Both the position numbers and the translations under genes were made by a program. Below, piece by piece: positions 13,294 to 27,840 of a stretch of DNA of 64,000 nt. The notes beneath the pieces were generated by a model. The model did no database searches, was not told the DNA's origin, and saw only the letters and a program-made list of their open reading frames with translations. The first letter of the stretch is position 1. Every line of letters starts with the position of its first letter. The stretch spans positions 372,001 to 436,000 of the forward strand of contig JBEWZL010000244.1 of the NCBI GenBank assembly GCA_045837725.1, given 5' to 3'. Source of the stretch: Vermamoeba vermiformis (lineage: Eukaryota).

Positions 13294-14324
13294 CTAAGCA
13301 TGAGTATGGGACTCCATGATAGTAAAAGACATTACTATCGAGATAACAATGACTACCGCGAAGAAGCTTCCCAGATCCAAAAGCTGAAATAGCGGATTAG
13401 CAAATGGAAAAAATGCGGGAGCGGATTAAGACTTACTGAGAACGGGACAGCTTGCTTGCGCACGATAGCTTTAGTATGGTCGACCTTATGGGTCATTGCG
13501 TACTCCCTAAGCAACTAAAATTAGCTTCCAATTTCAGATCTGAAACAAAAATAGCTTACAAATCATCGAGCACCCAAACCATCTCTTCGGCGGTGCGTAC
13601 TGACCTGCTTTCACTACATAGTGATGATTAGCATCAAGTTATGCAACTAATGTTTTCTCGATCAAACTCACCTAGCCGTTTCCTTGTTTGACGAAGAGTC
13701 ACTCGTAGGTTCAGAAGTAGCATTGACAATCAAAAGCGCCTCAATAGCGTCAGATTCGCTTTGTGAGCTAATAGAATTGCGAAACACAGTTAGAAAACTT
13801 GGCTTTGAGCGAAAATGTTTCGAGATTTCGAACGTATGACTTACTTTGTATCATTATAAGCATTTTCGTTGCTACGCAGGGTATCTTCATAGGCGATCCT
13901 ATTTTACAAGTGGTTAGAAACAGAGAGATTTTGATTTGTGTACTTTGAGACTTTAAACGTTCGGACTTTCAGAGATCAAGCGTAAATCGAAAAAAACAAT
14001 TAAATTCGGTCAATTTGGTAATAATAGAATATAATAGACCGAGTATTAGCGTCAAGAATGGATTCACGTACTTTTCTTCGGATTTCAGACAGGTACATTG
14101 CAAGATCCCCTCGTCTGAAACGCTTGAATGATTGCGGAATAGTGCCAGATTAATATAATAATTGTCCAATGGGTTGCAGACATGATTTGAGTGGGATTGG
14201 TGGAGCAGGTCTTCGGATTGAGCTCCCAGAATTAAAGCGGCAACGAGCAGTGAGATAATCGGCTATTATCCATCATTAACCATGTATCGTTGCATTATTG
14301 AGCGACGAAAATATTTACCGTCAT
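13294..14324 (-). CDS. Hypothetical secreted or single-pass membrane protein (spliced)
   Basis: Assembled start MT|PIISLLVAALILGAQS (signal peptide), several short GT-AG exons, and a C-terminal hydrophobic stretch GSFFAVVIVISIVMSFTI. Confidence 0.45.
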
Positions 14325-14673
14325 TTTCTAAAGTGTAGTTGTAAGCTTGAAGCAGATTCAGAGTTCGTCTTGCTTCATCAAACTAAAATCGTTCTCGTGT
14401 GGTCGCTAACAGTTGGCCGCGGAAATAAATGTGATCAATCTGGATTTTTTTTTTGTATTGTTGTTGAAAGTCTCAAAGTAGGCAGTTCTCTAGTTCAAAA
14501 TTGAGGAATTTCCTAAAAACCTCGTGCCAATCCAGAGATCTGGTCAATAATCGAGATTCTGTGAACTAATCGTGAGGATCTTAGAATGTAATGATGCTCG
14601 TCATGATTCTTTTGCGGTCAAAATCCTTTGCACGGAGTTCAAACAGCTGGATTTGTTAATTTATCCGCCAGCC

Positions 14674-15755
14674 ATGAAATTACGCACCACAGCATTTTTA
14701 TTTTCATTATTTTTTATCCAATATGTTGCCTCGGTGACGATAAATATCCACGTTAGGCTAGATAAGCAGCTAAATCATCAAGTATTAAAATATTACGCGA
14801 AGATCAGGCAGTATGCTCCAAACGATCTGATCGATTTTGTAAATACTCAATACCCTCATGTAACATTATATTTAACTCAATTTATGGATAACGCTACCGA
14901 CACTATCATTAAAACGTAAGTAAAAATCATTAATTAAAAACCCTTTAATTCTCGTGGTCCTGTTCGCATTTTGGGCTATAATAATATTCTTCGTGTATAA
15001 TTATGAATTTTAGGATTTTTTTAACGCTCTTGCTTTGACAGTGTCATGGAATTAGTGCCAAATCTACCTACGAATTGCCCGATTATGATGCAAAATGTTA
15101 CTGTACAAGGTTCGCCTCCTTATTTAAATTTATGCAATGAAGGTATTAATCTTGCCCAATAGGCACGTATGCATTGTGGGATGCAGCCAATGACAAGGGA
15201 TCGTGCCTCCAAACAATGAGCGATATGATAGTGAACGCATTAGCACAATACATTGTGCCTAATCAGCCTATCCCGAGCTGGGTATTACAGTTGCCCGAGC
15301 CACTTCGTTCACAGAAAATAGGTACGGGCTGATCCGGACAATTAAGTCATTATTTTACGATCCTCCGTTATTCTATTTTCCGAAAATCATATCCTAATAT
15401 TCTTATTACAGCTATGATCAAGAAGTATGGCTCGCCTAATGTTTTCAGCCAATTCCAACCTCAGTAAGTTTAATTCGATTACTCTTTATCCGTTACACGA
15501 CATTGCTTGGGCGGATCTAGCGCGAGCTGTTCAGTTATTTTATGTTATGGAAGATATTGATTCGATATAGACTAATGTATTGGCTATAGCGTTACTTTGG
15601 CTTGCGATAATGTCGATAATTTGACTGCAGCAATGAGCAACGTAAATGTAGTCCCAGCACAGTTTGTATCGCCTTATTTAGGCCTTGGTGCTGTTGGTGT
15701 ATGTGGTTCAGTGCTGCAACAAGGTGGATGGGGCTTGTTTCCTCTGAATATGTAG
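14674..15755 (+). CDS. Secreted 2H-phosphoesterase (2'-5' RNA ligase/CPDase-like) protein; 3' end approximate
   Basis: Signal peptide MKLRTTAFLFSLFFIQYVAS. Two HxT motifs: YPHVTLY and FQPH|VTLAC (the second split by an intron). Confidence 0.75.
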
Positions 15756-16936
15756 GATCGAATCCACGATCGAAATTAAAATTGATAAAATGACGCGAAT
15801 TCAACTAAAAATGCTAAAATTTATGTTGTAGTGGTGTAATATATGATAGTATATTGCTTATTCCCATTTCAAGCTTTTGGATTTGAAAGTTTTGAGGAGG
15901 AAATATGCCAAGAGTCCAGTAGGGCCGAACAAGAAGGTTAAAATCAAGCAAGGCACGACCAAGATGTGCTTAATGCCCGATCTCTTAGAGTTTTCGAGGA
16001 TCCAGTTGGCGATGAACAAGTCAAAAGCGAGGTAATGGATCTATCAATGAAGAAATGTCAGATCATTCAATTTCGCTCGATTGTGATGGCTTACCCATCC
16101 AGCCAAGAGCGCAACGTTACTCGAAAATAATCCACGAACACCGTCAAGAGTGGCGAAGGAAGAAAGAGAAAGTCCGCCTGCAAGACTCGATCAGTTAAGA
16201 ATAAATTAAAAAAATTCTTCGGCTTTGGAAAATGTAGAATATAGTATAAATCAATGTAAATATGAATGTAATAATATTATATGAATTTTAAAAAATATTT
16301 TGAAGCCACTAACCGCTGAGAACTGAGTTTCCAATTAGAACGGCGTAAAGTGCAGCATGGAGGAGAGGAGCAATAAAACAAATCTTCCTCGTGTATTTGT
16401 GGTTGGGAGCGAAGATCAACATCGCAAAAGCAGCCATGTTTCTGCGAAAGGAGATCAGATTTGCGGCCAAACTAGTGATCACTTACATCCAATTGGCTAC
16501 AGAGAAGATTATGGAAGAAAAAGTTAACAATAATATTTCGAGTGCCATGTTTAGTGAATTGTTGTTGCTTTTAGAACCTAAAAAGTTATTCTGATCGGTC
16601 GAATTTTACCGTCCGTGTTTGATCGACCGATTTGTTATTTACCGAGAGACATGTCAACTTTACTCGTGTAAATCTAGTTTACTACTGCTTTAGCCTTGGA
16701 CAGTGCTTACGAAACAGTGCTGTTTTATAATAAGTATTATTAAGCCGCTCTAAAAGTACTTCTGCGCTGAGTTGTTGAATTTGTGATAGGAGAATGGCCA
16801 GGAGGTCAGATTAAAATATTCGCAGGCAGCGGATTTGAACTACTGGCTTGCCAATTAGTGTGACTCAGATCTCCTTTTTCTTGACGACGATGTGTCTTGC
16901 GTTGTAGAAGCCGATGTTATCAACATACTAAGCTCC

Positions 16937-18848
16937 TTAGCCAGCTTGAGAACGCATTTCACCGGAGTTACGTGCGCGATGAGCACGTGGTTCGAAGACG
17001 AGAATTTGACAAATGGAGACAGCCAGCATTGCCAAGAACAAGACGATGTTGATCAAGAACCAACCAATCGGCGTTCCTCCGACTGTTGGTCGCGCAAAGA
17101 GCAGTAATGCCAACAAAACAATGCCATAACAGCTCACGCTAATCAAAATCAACTTCGTTACCTGATACCAAATGTTGATTAGATATTAATGAGGACGTAT
17201 AATATTACGTGTTTGTAACTTACTCTTCGGAGATGTTTCATCTTTGAGACTTTACTTTTTCGAATTCTTCGCAACAGCTTGATAGCCACGACGAGATAAA
17301 ACACTGAAATTCCGAATGCCAGGGCTGAATAGCAAATCAAAGTGACGAGGATAAGTTGTGCGGAGATGATTTGGCCCGATGATCTAAGTATAGATAATGA
17401 AATGTCCATTACAATCACCGCGCCGGAGATGATGAAAAACGGGATCTTGAGTCGATTGAGAAACGGGTATATCATCATTGAAGACTTGGACATTGTCTCG
17501 AACCAGTAGAAGCACAAGACTAGCGTGCCGGATATAATGAACGGGAACGGCAATGAAAATAAAGTGTTGTTCAAGTGGTACGTGAGCAATCTTCGAAAAC
17601 CCATCGGATCCACAATAACGAAGAACGCTCGTACTATTGGCATAAAATTAGCGGCTTTAGACAATCATTGAAGTTCAGGGAACCATCCGTAATTTAAATT
17701 AAAATAATTGAGCTATTTTTAGTCTAAAGTATTTTTTTAGAATTTGTACTTACGGAGACTAGCGATTAAATGGCAAACGAGGCAAGCAGTACCGACGTTT
17801 AAATGACAGCCATCATTAAGTTCGACTAATATATGCAGTTTGTAAACAGCCATTGCTGAGGCCAAAACCGCGGGAATGCCGACGACGATAGAGAAAATAA
17901 CGTCAAATTTGTAGCCGAGCCAATATGTTAGCCATACATTGCCCTCTTTAATATTGGCGGTTAGACAATGCAACGTGCATTGGTTGAAATTAAATTTCCT
18001 TATTTAGTAAATCAAGTTGGAATTGAATTGCTTACCTTGTGCGTCTATTGTTACGTTTAGCATAGTATAATTTTTAACAGCTAAAACTACGTGCAAATAC
18101 GAAGTATAGCCTATTTCTACCACGGGCAAAGTAATGTCTGATCCGTCTTCGCCATCAGGATTGGCTATAGTTCTTCCAGGAACACCTAATTAAAGTATTG
18201 TTAACGTCATATATTTTCTTATTCTTCAGCGGTATGATTGCGTTTGTTAAATGAATTATGGAGATCCCGGATCACGTTAATTAATGCTATTTTCGATTAC
18301 GTACTTAGAAGTTCGTAACCAAATATTAAAGCAGCAGCACCTCTGTATTGTAGTATTCGTGCGTATGGTGCAGGTGGAGCAATTGTAGCCGTTAATACAA
18401 CGAGTCCAGTTAAATTCGTAGCGGTCATGTAGTTCTTGTCCGCGAGCAATGGAGACAAATCTGCTATATACAGAATACTACGTTCGAAGACCTTTGGAAA
18501 TGCAGGCTCGTTTTCTGATATGAATATTAGTCTTTGAAAATTCGGTGCTGATCAATTTGGATGAGCAACTACTTGTGGGTAAATGCAACTTGTAGTAATT
18601 AACGCATTGGAGTACAATTAAAATAAGTATTTATGCGATAATTATAATCGAAGTAATATTTATAAAGATTTTAATGTTCAGATCTATCATTCGAGTTTTC
18701 CGCGTCAATAGGAATACCACGTACCTGTAAAATATATGTGTGCTGATTCAAATTGTTCATATGTGCCATTCGGATAGTTGACCGTGAGCTTGGATTCGAT
18801 CAAGTCGAAACACAAAAAAACAATCAACAGCGCTATAACTTGACGCAT
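16937..18848 (-). CDS. PA-domain + 7TM receptor-like membrane protein, copy 1
   Basis: Signal peptide, then PA-domain motifs (YARILQYRGAAALIFGYE; DGSDITLPVVEIG), then multiple TM helices in ORFs 17737-17973, 17179-17664 and 16937-17152. Confidence 0.75.
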
Positions 18849-19296
18849 AGTGCTAATATCCAATAAGTAAAACGTCCATGTTATTTAACACTGCCGCCAA
18901 GCATAATTGATGGTGTTATGGTGTCCTGTTCAGGTAAAATAATTGAATCATTTTCAGACCGACTGACCCGAAAAAATTCCCTACAAGGCAAGGGCGTGTC
19001 GATTCGCCAAGTTAAAAATGATAGATAATTGACTTAATTTTTAGGAATGACCATGGATAGAATAAACAAGAGCAAGACGAAACACTCGTTCGCATTCGGT
19101 GAACCCGATCTATTTAATCTATTTACACAGACAATCCAGCACGCAATGACTGGCACAACTGCATCTTTGGCAATTCAATGACACCTTTTTTGGGCATAAC
19201 ACCCGGTGTTTCTTCCCAAACTCGCTGATCGTAAAATTTTTGTAATCACGCGGAGAGATTAACACAGAAGATGGAAGTGTAAAAAGCGTAAAATCA

Positions 19297-21114
19297 ATGA
19301 TAGGGTTTATTCGAGGCAGAGCGATAGCTATTCGGAGTCTTTGCGCGCTGCTACTACTTTTGCTAGTTCAGCAGAGCGACGCTGCAGTTTCATGTACAGG
19401 CTCGAGCGGCACTTTAAAAACGTTTAGAAGTGCTCAGATATACTTTACCGGTAAGTGAACGCAATTAAAAGCAGAGTATTAGCATCCAAATTGCCGCACT
19501 TTAATTAATAGTAATTTTTTGTTTAATTAAGCCGTTAGGCGCACGTTATTCATTTTTATTATTTACATAATTGGCATTACATTATAGATTTAATGTTTTA
19601 GGCTTTTGCCAAACCTTGGATCACCGGATTTAAAGAGAGTTAACTTTTTCCTTATTTAGAAAATCCTCCCGAGCACCAACCGCTCGTAAACGAGGCTGCA
19701 ATTCTATTTCCAGACGTCATGTTTCTTCTTCAAGAGGGCGATCAAGGCTTCAATATATCAGGCTTCATTGTTATTTGCCCAACAACTAATCCGCCCTTCA
19801 AGTTCGCAAGATTAGCGCAGAGAAAAGGTGCTATTGCCATAGTGTTTGGTAGTGAATCGGCAGGTATGTTATTACTTAATTAAGCCCAAATACGAGTTAC
19901 AGATATTCCTTAAATGTTCGATCGGGTTTTGTACTGGTTCAGATCTCGGTATTGATGATTATTTAAATAGATGTACCGGGTCGATCGACGTTCAATAGTG
20001 ATATTGGAGATGGATCTGACGTTAAAATTCCAGTCATTGAGCTTGGTTCGCAAGACTATAACGATCTGAAAAAAGAGTTTGTCCAGGGAGAGCCCGAATT
20101 TAATGTAACGCTTTCTTATGAAGGTAATACTATTCTATAGTTAACTTAGTTTGAATAGGATGATAGTTAAACTAAAATTTGACAATAGAGGGAAATCCAT
20201 GGATCGAGTTCTTTGACTGCTACAACATTCCAGTATTATACGCGCTTGGCATCGGAATTCCAGCAGCAATCAGCGTATCTCTTTCTGTATTCAAATTATA
20301 CAAGCTAGAACGCGGTCAGAAAGGTTGTCGATGGAGCATCGGTCAGTCGTGCTTAACTTGCCATTTGATCGCTAACACTCGTACGTATTATTTTGAAATT
20401 ACTTAAATATCAAAAGAAGCATTATATGACCTATTTCTGACTATTTTGCAGTGCGATTGGTTTACGTGGTTGTTGATCCGCTTGGCAGCAGAAGACTCGT
20501 CTTATTCCAAGCATTAACGCTATTAGCAACACTGCCATTCCCGTTCCTTCTAGCCGCGTCACTATTATTGTGCTTTTATTGGCTCGAGTCGATGTCTTCG
20601 GCGATGGTATTTCCATTTTTGAAACGACTTCGGATCCCGTTCTTCGTTCTCTGCGCCGTACTCATCAGCGTCGAGTTGGTCACGTACTTCTTTAGAATAT
20701 TTGGAAACACTCCTCAATTGATCACGTACTTTGTGTCGTACGGAGTTTATTACGTGGTGTCGATCGGCATTGCCATATTTTACATTGTAATTTCAGTCAA
20801 GTTATTAGCGAGACTAAGTAACGTCACTGTGCGCAATCAAAAGTTGAAGAAGGTACGTACGACCCTTGTCAATTTCCAAATTTAGTAATTTTTAATTTTT
20901 TTAGATGACGGCTCTAATCTTGGGGAGTGTTTGTTGTTATTGTTTGGGCATTATAGGAACGCTTTTCTTGCCGTTCCCGAACATTGCCGGCACTGAAGTT
21001 GGTTGGACAGTAACGAATTTCATCGTCTATGAAGCACTAGTAGGCGTGTCTATCTGCCAAATATTGGTATTTACTCCTAAAGGCGCGAAGTCAAGTAACA
21101 CTGGACCTTCGTAA
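19297..21114 (+). CDS. PA-domain + 7TM receptor-like membrane protein, copy 2 (head-to-head paralog)
   Basis: Signal peptide and PA motif FARLAQRKGAIAIVFGSE..DGSDVKIPVIELG. Same exon structure as copy 1, with shared motifs CHLIA, VDPxG.RRL and LCFYW.E.MS. Confidence 0.78.
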
Positions 21115-21364
21115 CATAATATTGTAGATCTGGATGTATGATAGACGAATGAATGTAAAATATCAATTAATGCATTTTAACAAGGGTGTTAAGGTCTAAA
21201 TTTTAAAAAATTACTGGCTTTAGATCTTTGTTCTCAAGAAAATGCGCGATGACGTGGTTGTTGGGAAAACAAACAGAAATTTTTTGTGGACAACAGATAA
21301 AATGTCGAGAGTACTTTATGGTGCTGCCGTTCGTTAGTGTAACACATTCGAATCATAAGGCACA

Positions 21365-23319
21365 ATGGTAATTAATTAATTTTATTATGCTTCTGTTTTT
21401 TGAAGGAGCCCTTAAAAGTTTTTAATTTTAATTTTAAATTAATAGGAAGATTCATCATGGGGATTTGATATGCTTCCTGCCGAAATAAAGCAAGTAATTT
21501 TTTCATTCACGGATTTGAATTTAGCAATGGTTCTCAGGTAATTTAACCGCTAATCCGCATTGTATTAAATACAAATAATATATAATTAATAATAGAAATA
21601 ATTCAGGCTTCAATCTGTGAGTTCGACGTTCAAAAAATTATGCTGGCAGTGGATGCGTGATTATGACTCGTCAGTATTAGTTGACAAGGAGAGAACGCCA
21701 GTGGTTGCAGCCTATTTTTTAACGCGAACGAATCCAAACATCTTGCGAAGGATTGATTTCACCTGTAAGTGATGCTTCCGCAACGCAATCAATGCTTGCT
21801 GCAATCTTTGACCGATTCAATTTCTAGATTTCGACAATCCATTGGCATCCGCGCTGAAGGTTCTGAAGGGATTTCCCAATTTGGAAACGATTGATTTCGG
21901 ATATTTGAGAATCTACCACGACAAGAAACAAGCTCTAATAGCACAAGCCGAACAGCACCCTAAACTTCGCGAAATTAGGTTCGACTATGAATATTCATAC
22001 CGACAGAAGTCTTCGCAAAACTCAGAACAGACGAGGGACACGTTCAAATCCTACAGTCCAATACACAGCCGCTTCGATCAACAAAAGCCCATTGCATTTC
22101 ACCGAGTGTATCACCGTGGCGGAACAATTGGCGAGAATATGATCGTGATTGGTGCGACTGATGGCACTTTGACATTTTTGACACTTGACGCTGTCAAAAT
22201 CAATCTCAAAATTCAATCGACTGATTACAACTGCCACAAAGCCTGCATCAACGCAATATGGGCAGGCGTGGAGTCAATAAACAATTTGACACAAGCTCGT
22301 GCCAGACCAAACACGTACATCGCTTCAAGTGTAAGTTTCGCGAACCAAATGTCAACCAGGGTATTAATATAATGACTTAGGATGGAATAGTAACGAGCTG
22401 GTCTTGTGCCAACGACGAACCAGTGCTGAATCAAACAATCGTGTTTCCAGAGTCAATTTTGTTCGTGTGCGATCATGCAGACAAGTATGTTCTTGCAGCT
22501 GGCAAACGAACAATTTACATCGCTGAGATTCACTCGAGCAAGATTATCAAACAAGTTGCCTTTGATGATGATATTACAGGTATGACTTCATTCAACGCTT
22601 CGATGTTGCAGTTTGACACGTGTCACAACATGTCACTTCCGAAGTTAATTTTTTTTAAATCGGATCTATTTAGGCTTGGTTTGTGGTACTAACAAAGCCA
22701 CGTTATCAACCAGTGGTAGCTTATACTCGCTCAAAACTGATATTGCCAGTGAAGACGTAGTTCAAAAAGAAGCTGAAATGATTTGCCCAAATCTGTCGCT
22801 GTCCATTGATAAATCGTAAGTCAACGTCATACTAAGGAATATTCATATGATGTCATGATGAGTTATTAACTTTATTTGAACGCATAGATTGATGATGATT
22901 GTACGGCCAGAAAAAATTAGTTTGATCGAACGAGAAACAAGCTCGCAGCTAGAAAACACGACGGATAGTTATGGTACTTCCTATTTTGATCGATTTCGCC
23001 AATACGACGCGCGTCCTCACTTAGCACAATTCTCACCTAGTCGATATTGGATGACCGCGTCCATTGGTACTAAATTAGTCACCTGGGTAAGATCTCGGAT
23101 CCCGACTCAGTTGGTGTTTTGAGTTATTAATGTTTAGCTATTTAGGACTTAGAGACCACAAAACTTTACGGGTACTTGACTGCAGGCCTCTCGCCTATTG
23201 ACACGGATCCGGAACATCCTCCGAAATGCAACACGTTTTGGTACTCCTCGTGTGGAAATTACCTTTTTGGCCTCTATTCAAACAATACTTTGTATTGGTG
23301 GCACACGACGCCTAAATAA
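21365..23319 (+). CDS. F-box protein with C-terminal beta-propeller-like region, cluster copy 1
   Basis: ATG|GT start. F-box WGFDMLPAEIKQVIFSFTDL...LQSVSSTFKKLCW. Beta-rich repeats IVIGATDGTLTF and YVLAAGKRTIYIAEI. End NTLYWWHTTPK*. Confidence 0.75.
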
Positions 23320-23611
23320 GGCTCAAAAAAATAAACTCTCAGCGTGTTTTTCTCTCGTCATAATTTTGTGAGGATTGAACCACAAAAACACGTAATTGTA
23401 CTTGATAAATTTTACTCGAGCATATTAACCGAACGAAGAACTATGAATGGACTTGTGATTTTTGCCGTAAAAACGAACCCCGACTTGCGTCGTATTAATC
23501 CAGAATATTTTGAGAACGATTCATTTTGAATGCAAGCAACTGAATCAACAACTGCTTGTACGTAATCTAGACAAAGCAATCAAGTAGTAGCCCGCATTTA
23601 AGTTGCAGAAA

Positions 23612-25530
23612 ATGGTAATCAGCATTAGATCGTGCATTGTATTTCAGTTAGTGTTTGCGAATATTAAAATTAATATTTTATAATGTCATAGGATAATACG
23701 GCGTGGGGTTTTGATGTGCTGCCATCGGAAATAAAGCAATTAATATTTTCTTTTACGGATTTGGACTTGACAACGGTTCTCAGGTACCGTACTAGCAACA
23801 ATATTGATGCTTTTAACATTTTTAAATAATTTCTGATTCAAAATATTTATGTAGAGCTCAATCGACGAGTTCCGAATTTAAAAAATTGTGCTGGGCTTGG
23901 CTGCGTGACACTTCAGCTAATGCTGCCTTTGTTAGTCGCGTCAATGCAGAATTAATTCGAAGAGTCGATTGTACGAGTAAGTAGACGTTGGGTTACCTCG
24001 TTTTTTTGTGGATGTGGATTCTTTACAACGACAGCTAATCAGTTTCAATAATAGGGAAGGACACTGTAACATCGGTGCTAGCAGCGTTGAAATTACTTCC
24101 TAACGTAGAACTAGTAGTGTTCAATTGTGACGAAGGAGACCAGAACTTGGAGATCATTGCAAAAAACATCTCCGAATTTGAACAACATCCAACACTACGC
24201 TGGATTAATTATAACGATGGGTTATGGCTCCGTAATAAAAACAGTTCGGGCGGTGATTTACCACCGCAATCTAGATTTCGGCGGCTGAAGTACGATTTCA
24301 CTCAATTGGATCCCGTAGATCTGGACAAGGCGTATCATCGCGGCGGAACAATTGGCGAGAAGATGATCGTGATTGGCGCTACTGATGGCACTTTGACGTT
24401 TTTGACACGTGGCTTGGAGATCCAGAACGGTTTCACAACCGACACTTTGAAAGTATCCTCCTCGACAAATGATATTCACAAAGACAGTATAAACGCAATA
24501 TGGTCCGAAAATGGCAATCAAACGTACGTCGCTTCGAGTGTAAGTACTTTGGCGAGATCTAACGGATCTAGATCCAACACGGAGTTAAACTTGCTAACGC
24601 ACCAAATATAACTTAATAGGATGGAGTCGTTTCAAGCTGGACTTGTGTCAATGACGAACCAGTGCTGAATCAAACAATCGTGTTCCCAGAGTCAATTTTG
24701 TTCGTGTGCGATCATGCAGACAAGTATGTTCTTGCAGCTGGCAAACGAACACTTTACATCGCTGAGATCGAAACGAATAAGATTATAAGAGAGGTCGCCA
24801 CTGACGATGATATAACGGGTATGAGAGTCGTAATATGTTTGCCCTAATTTTTTACTAGTTGTGACAACATTGCACCTTGGATGTGTATTTATTAATCGCA
24901 TTTTGTTAGGACTGTTTGGAGTTGTTAATCAAGTCGCTGTAGTATCGACAAAAAATACATTATATACTCTTAAGAACGATTTGACAGCCGCAGAGGTGCT
25001 TCAAAAGCATTTCGATACTCCTTGTCCGAATTTGTGGCTCAGTCCCGATACCTCGTAAGTCCTAAAGATCAACAAGCCGACTTAAATTTAATGAGATTTT
25101 TGCAGGCTGAGAATAATTGTGCATCCAACACACGTTGAGTTAATGATTCACGAAACGAACGAAATTTCGGAACGTGTAGATGTGACTGCCTTCGTAAAAC
25201 ACAATGACACTGTCAGATTTGACACGCGACCTCATCTCGAGGCGAGATTTTCACCTACAAGGTATTGGATGACAGTATCTATTGGTACTAGTCTATTCAC
25301 TTACGTAAGTTCAAAATTTTTGTCAGATCCATGGGTTAATTATTCTTCTTCCTTATTAGAGTTTGGAGAGACACTGTTCAATCTTCGAAATGCATCCAAG
25401 TCATGGTACATTTGGTACGGATACAAAGTTCGATGCGTTTTGGTACTCTCCTTGTGGTACCTTTTTGTACGGTCTGTCTTCGAACAACACTTTGTATTGG
25501 TGGCGCAGTTGTCTCTTGCAAGTCAATTAA
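23612..25530 (+). CDS. F-box / propeller-like protein, cluster copy 2
   Basis: WGFDVLPSEIKQLIFSFTDL. Same intron positions and motifs as copy 1. Confidence 0.75.
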
Positions 25531-25631
25531 CCAATTAGCCATTTCAATAATACGGAACCAAAACAAGCGTAAATTAATAAACTTGAATTACAACAAAAAA
25601 TCCAATATTTTGGCTTTTATTCCTTTTTCGG

Positions 25632-27575
25632 TTAGGAACTAATATGCCACCAATACAACACATTATTCGAAAACAAGCTGAACAAGTAGTAGCCGTTTGG
25701 TGCGTACCAAAATGCATTGCAAGTCGGAGGATGTTCCGGATCCGTTTCGAGAGGAAAGATGTGCGGAGCCACTTGCGAGATTTGCATTCGACTTTCCAAA
25801 TCCTATCAAATAATTAAAATAAGAACGGACCTAGATGAGTTTTTTAAAACTTACGTAAGTGGTTAATCTGGATCCGACTGACACGGTCATACAGAAAGTA
25901 CGTGGTGAAAATCTGCTAAGATGAGGTCGTGTATCAAATTCATTACAGGTATCTCGTGTCTGATCAACGGTATAACTATCAAGATGTATTTCTGTACTCG
26001 TCGCTCGTTCTAACAAGCTAACTTTTGTTGGACGCACGATTATCATCAATCTGCAAATAAAACAATATTAACATCGTACATTGTGCGTGTCTATATCTAA
26101 CTTACGATGCCTCAGGACTTAAGCACACATTCGGACACGAAATTTCAGATATTTTTTGTAGCACATTGTAGTCGCCAGTGAGGTCTTCTTTTAGCGTGTA
26201 ATGACTCGTACGTGTTGTCAATGCAACTGTCTTATCAACGCTAATTACGCCTTAACAAAAGTGTCAGTTTGAGTTTAGCGGTGTTGGTCGCATAGTTGTG
26301 ACACGTGTCACGCAAAGATATTGATGCTATGAATACTTTCATACCTGTTATATCATCGTCAGTGGCAACTATTTTGATAATCTTGTTCGTTTCGATCTCA
26401 GCGATGTAAAGTGTTCGTTTGCCAGCTGCAAGAACATACTTGTCTGCATGATCGCACACGAACAAAATTGACTCTGGAAACACGATTGTTTGATTCAGCA
26501 CTGGTTCATCATTGACGCAAGACCAGCTAGAGACTATTCCATCCTAAGCCATGTCATTCTATTAATAACTTGGTCGACATTTGGTTCGCGAAACTTACAC
26601 TTGAAGCGATGTACGTGTTTGGCCTGGCACGAGCTTGTGTCAAATTGTTTATCAAATCCACGCCTGTCCATATTGCGTTAATGCAGGCTTTGTGGCAGTT
26701 GTAATCAGTCGATTGAATTTTGAGATTGTTGTTGACAGCGTCAAGTGTCAAAAATGTCAAAGTGCCATCAGTCGCACCAATCACGATCATATTCTCGCCG
26801 ATTGTTCCGCCACGGTGATACGCTCGGTGAAATGCAATGGGCTTTTGTTGGTAGAACGGTTGTGTATTGCTCGTAAATAAATAAGTCTTGAATTTCCTCG
26901 GTTGTGCTACCAGATCTTGCGGAATTGCGCCATTCTTTCGATAATTATATTCAAATCCAACGTTCAAATCAAAAGAAATTTGTTGGAGTTTCGGGTGTTG
27001 TTCCGCTTGCGCTATTATGTCTTGTTTGGCGTGATAAATGCTTTGACGGAAATTGATTTGCTCCAAATTAGGAAACTGCTTAATGATCTTTACGATATTT
27101 TCACGTGAGTAGAATCCATCTAAAAAGAGCATTAATCGAGTTTAAAAAATTCGAATCCACATCCGGCTTACTCTCGCAATTCATCTTTTGAACATGACCT
27201 CTGTTCGCTCGTGCAAAGAAAATAGAAGAAATTAATGCCTCATGTTTGCTGGCAAATAGCGGTATGTCGTATTCGCGTAGAGTTGACCAACATAACTTCT
27301 GAAATTCAGAGCTAACTGATTGAAGTCTAAATATGATTTATTAATTTTAAATATTATTAATTATTCTACAACGTGTTTGTAAGCTTACCTAAGAACGCCA
27401 GCCACATCCAAATCCAAAAACGAAAATATCAGACTTTTTAATTCTTTTGGCAGCGCACTAAAGCACAACAACTCTTCGTCCTAAAAATTGATAATGTAAA
27501 AATAACATTTAATTAAATCATTATCAGCAGATCTGTAATGGGTTATTAAATTTAATTTAATTTGTTAATTACCAT
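25632..27575 (-). CDS. F-box / propeller-like protein, cluster copy 3 (inverted)
   Basis: CFSALPKELKSLIFSFLDL. ORFs 26554-27132, 26241-26501 and 25831-26049 match copies 1 and 2. Confidence 0.75.
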
Positions 27576-27840
27576 TTACGCGTTAACTTGCATTAATGAA
27601 GCAACTCATACAAGTACAGAAGCGTGTTAATAACAACGCTCTACGTTCTTCACAACACAACTGAAATAAAAATTAATTAGGCCAGGGACACTTCCCTTTC
27701 TTGTGAGCAGAAAATAGTGCGAATAAAAAGAAAAAAGGGTAAGTTGTTTTTAATTCCCTCAATGTGCTAGACGCCACAATTCATAGTCGTCATAAAAGGT
27801 CTGAAGTCAAAAATAGCGAAGGTGTAACAAGAGGCTCAGA

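Noticed and set aside
15830-16600. Possible extra exons or a small gene downstream of the 2H-phosphoesterase
   Set aside because: I could not build a consistent spliced frame or recognise a domain.
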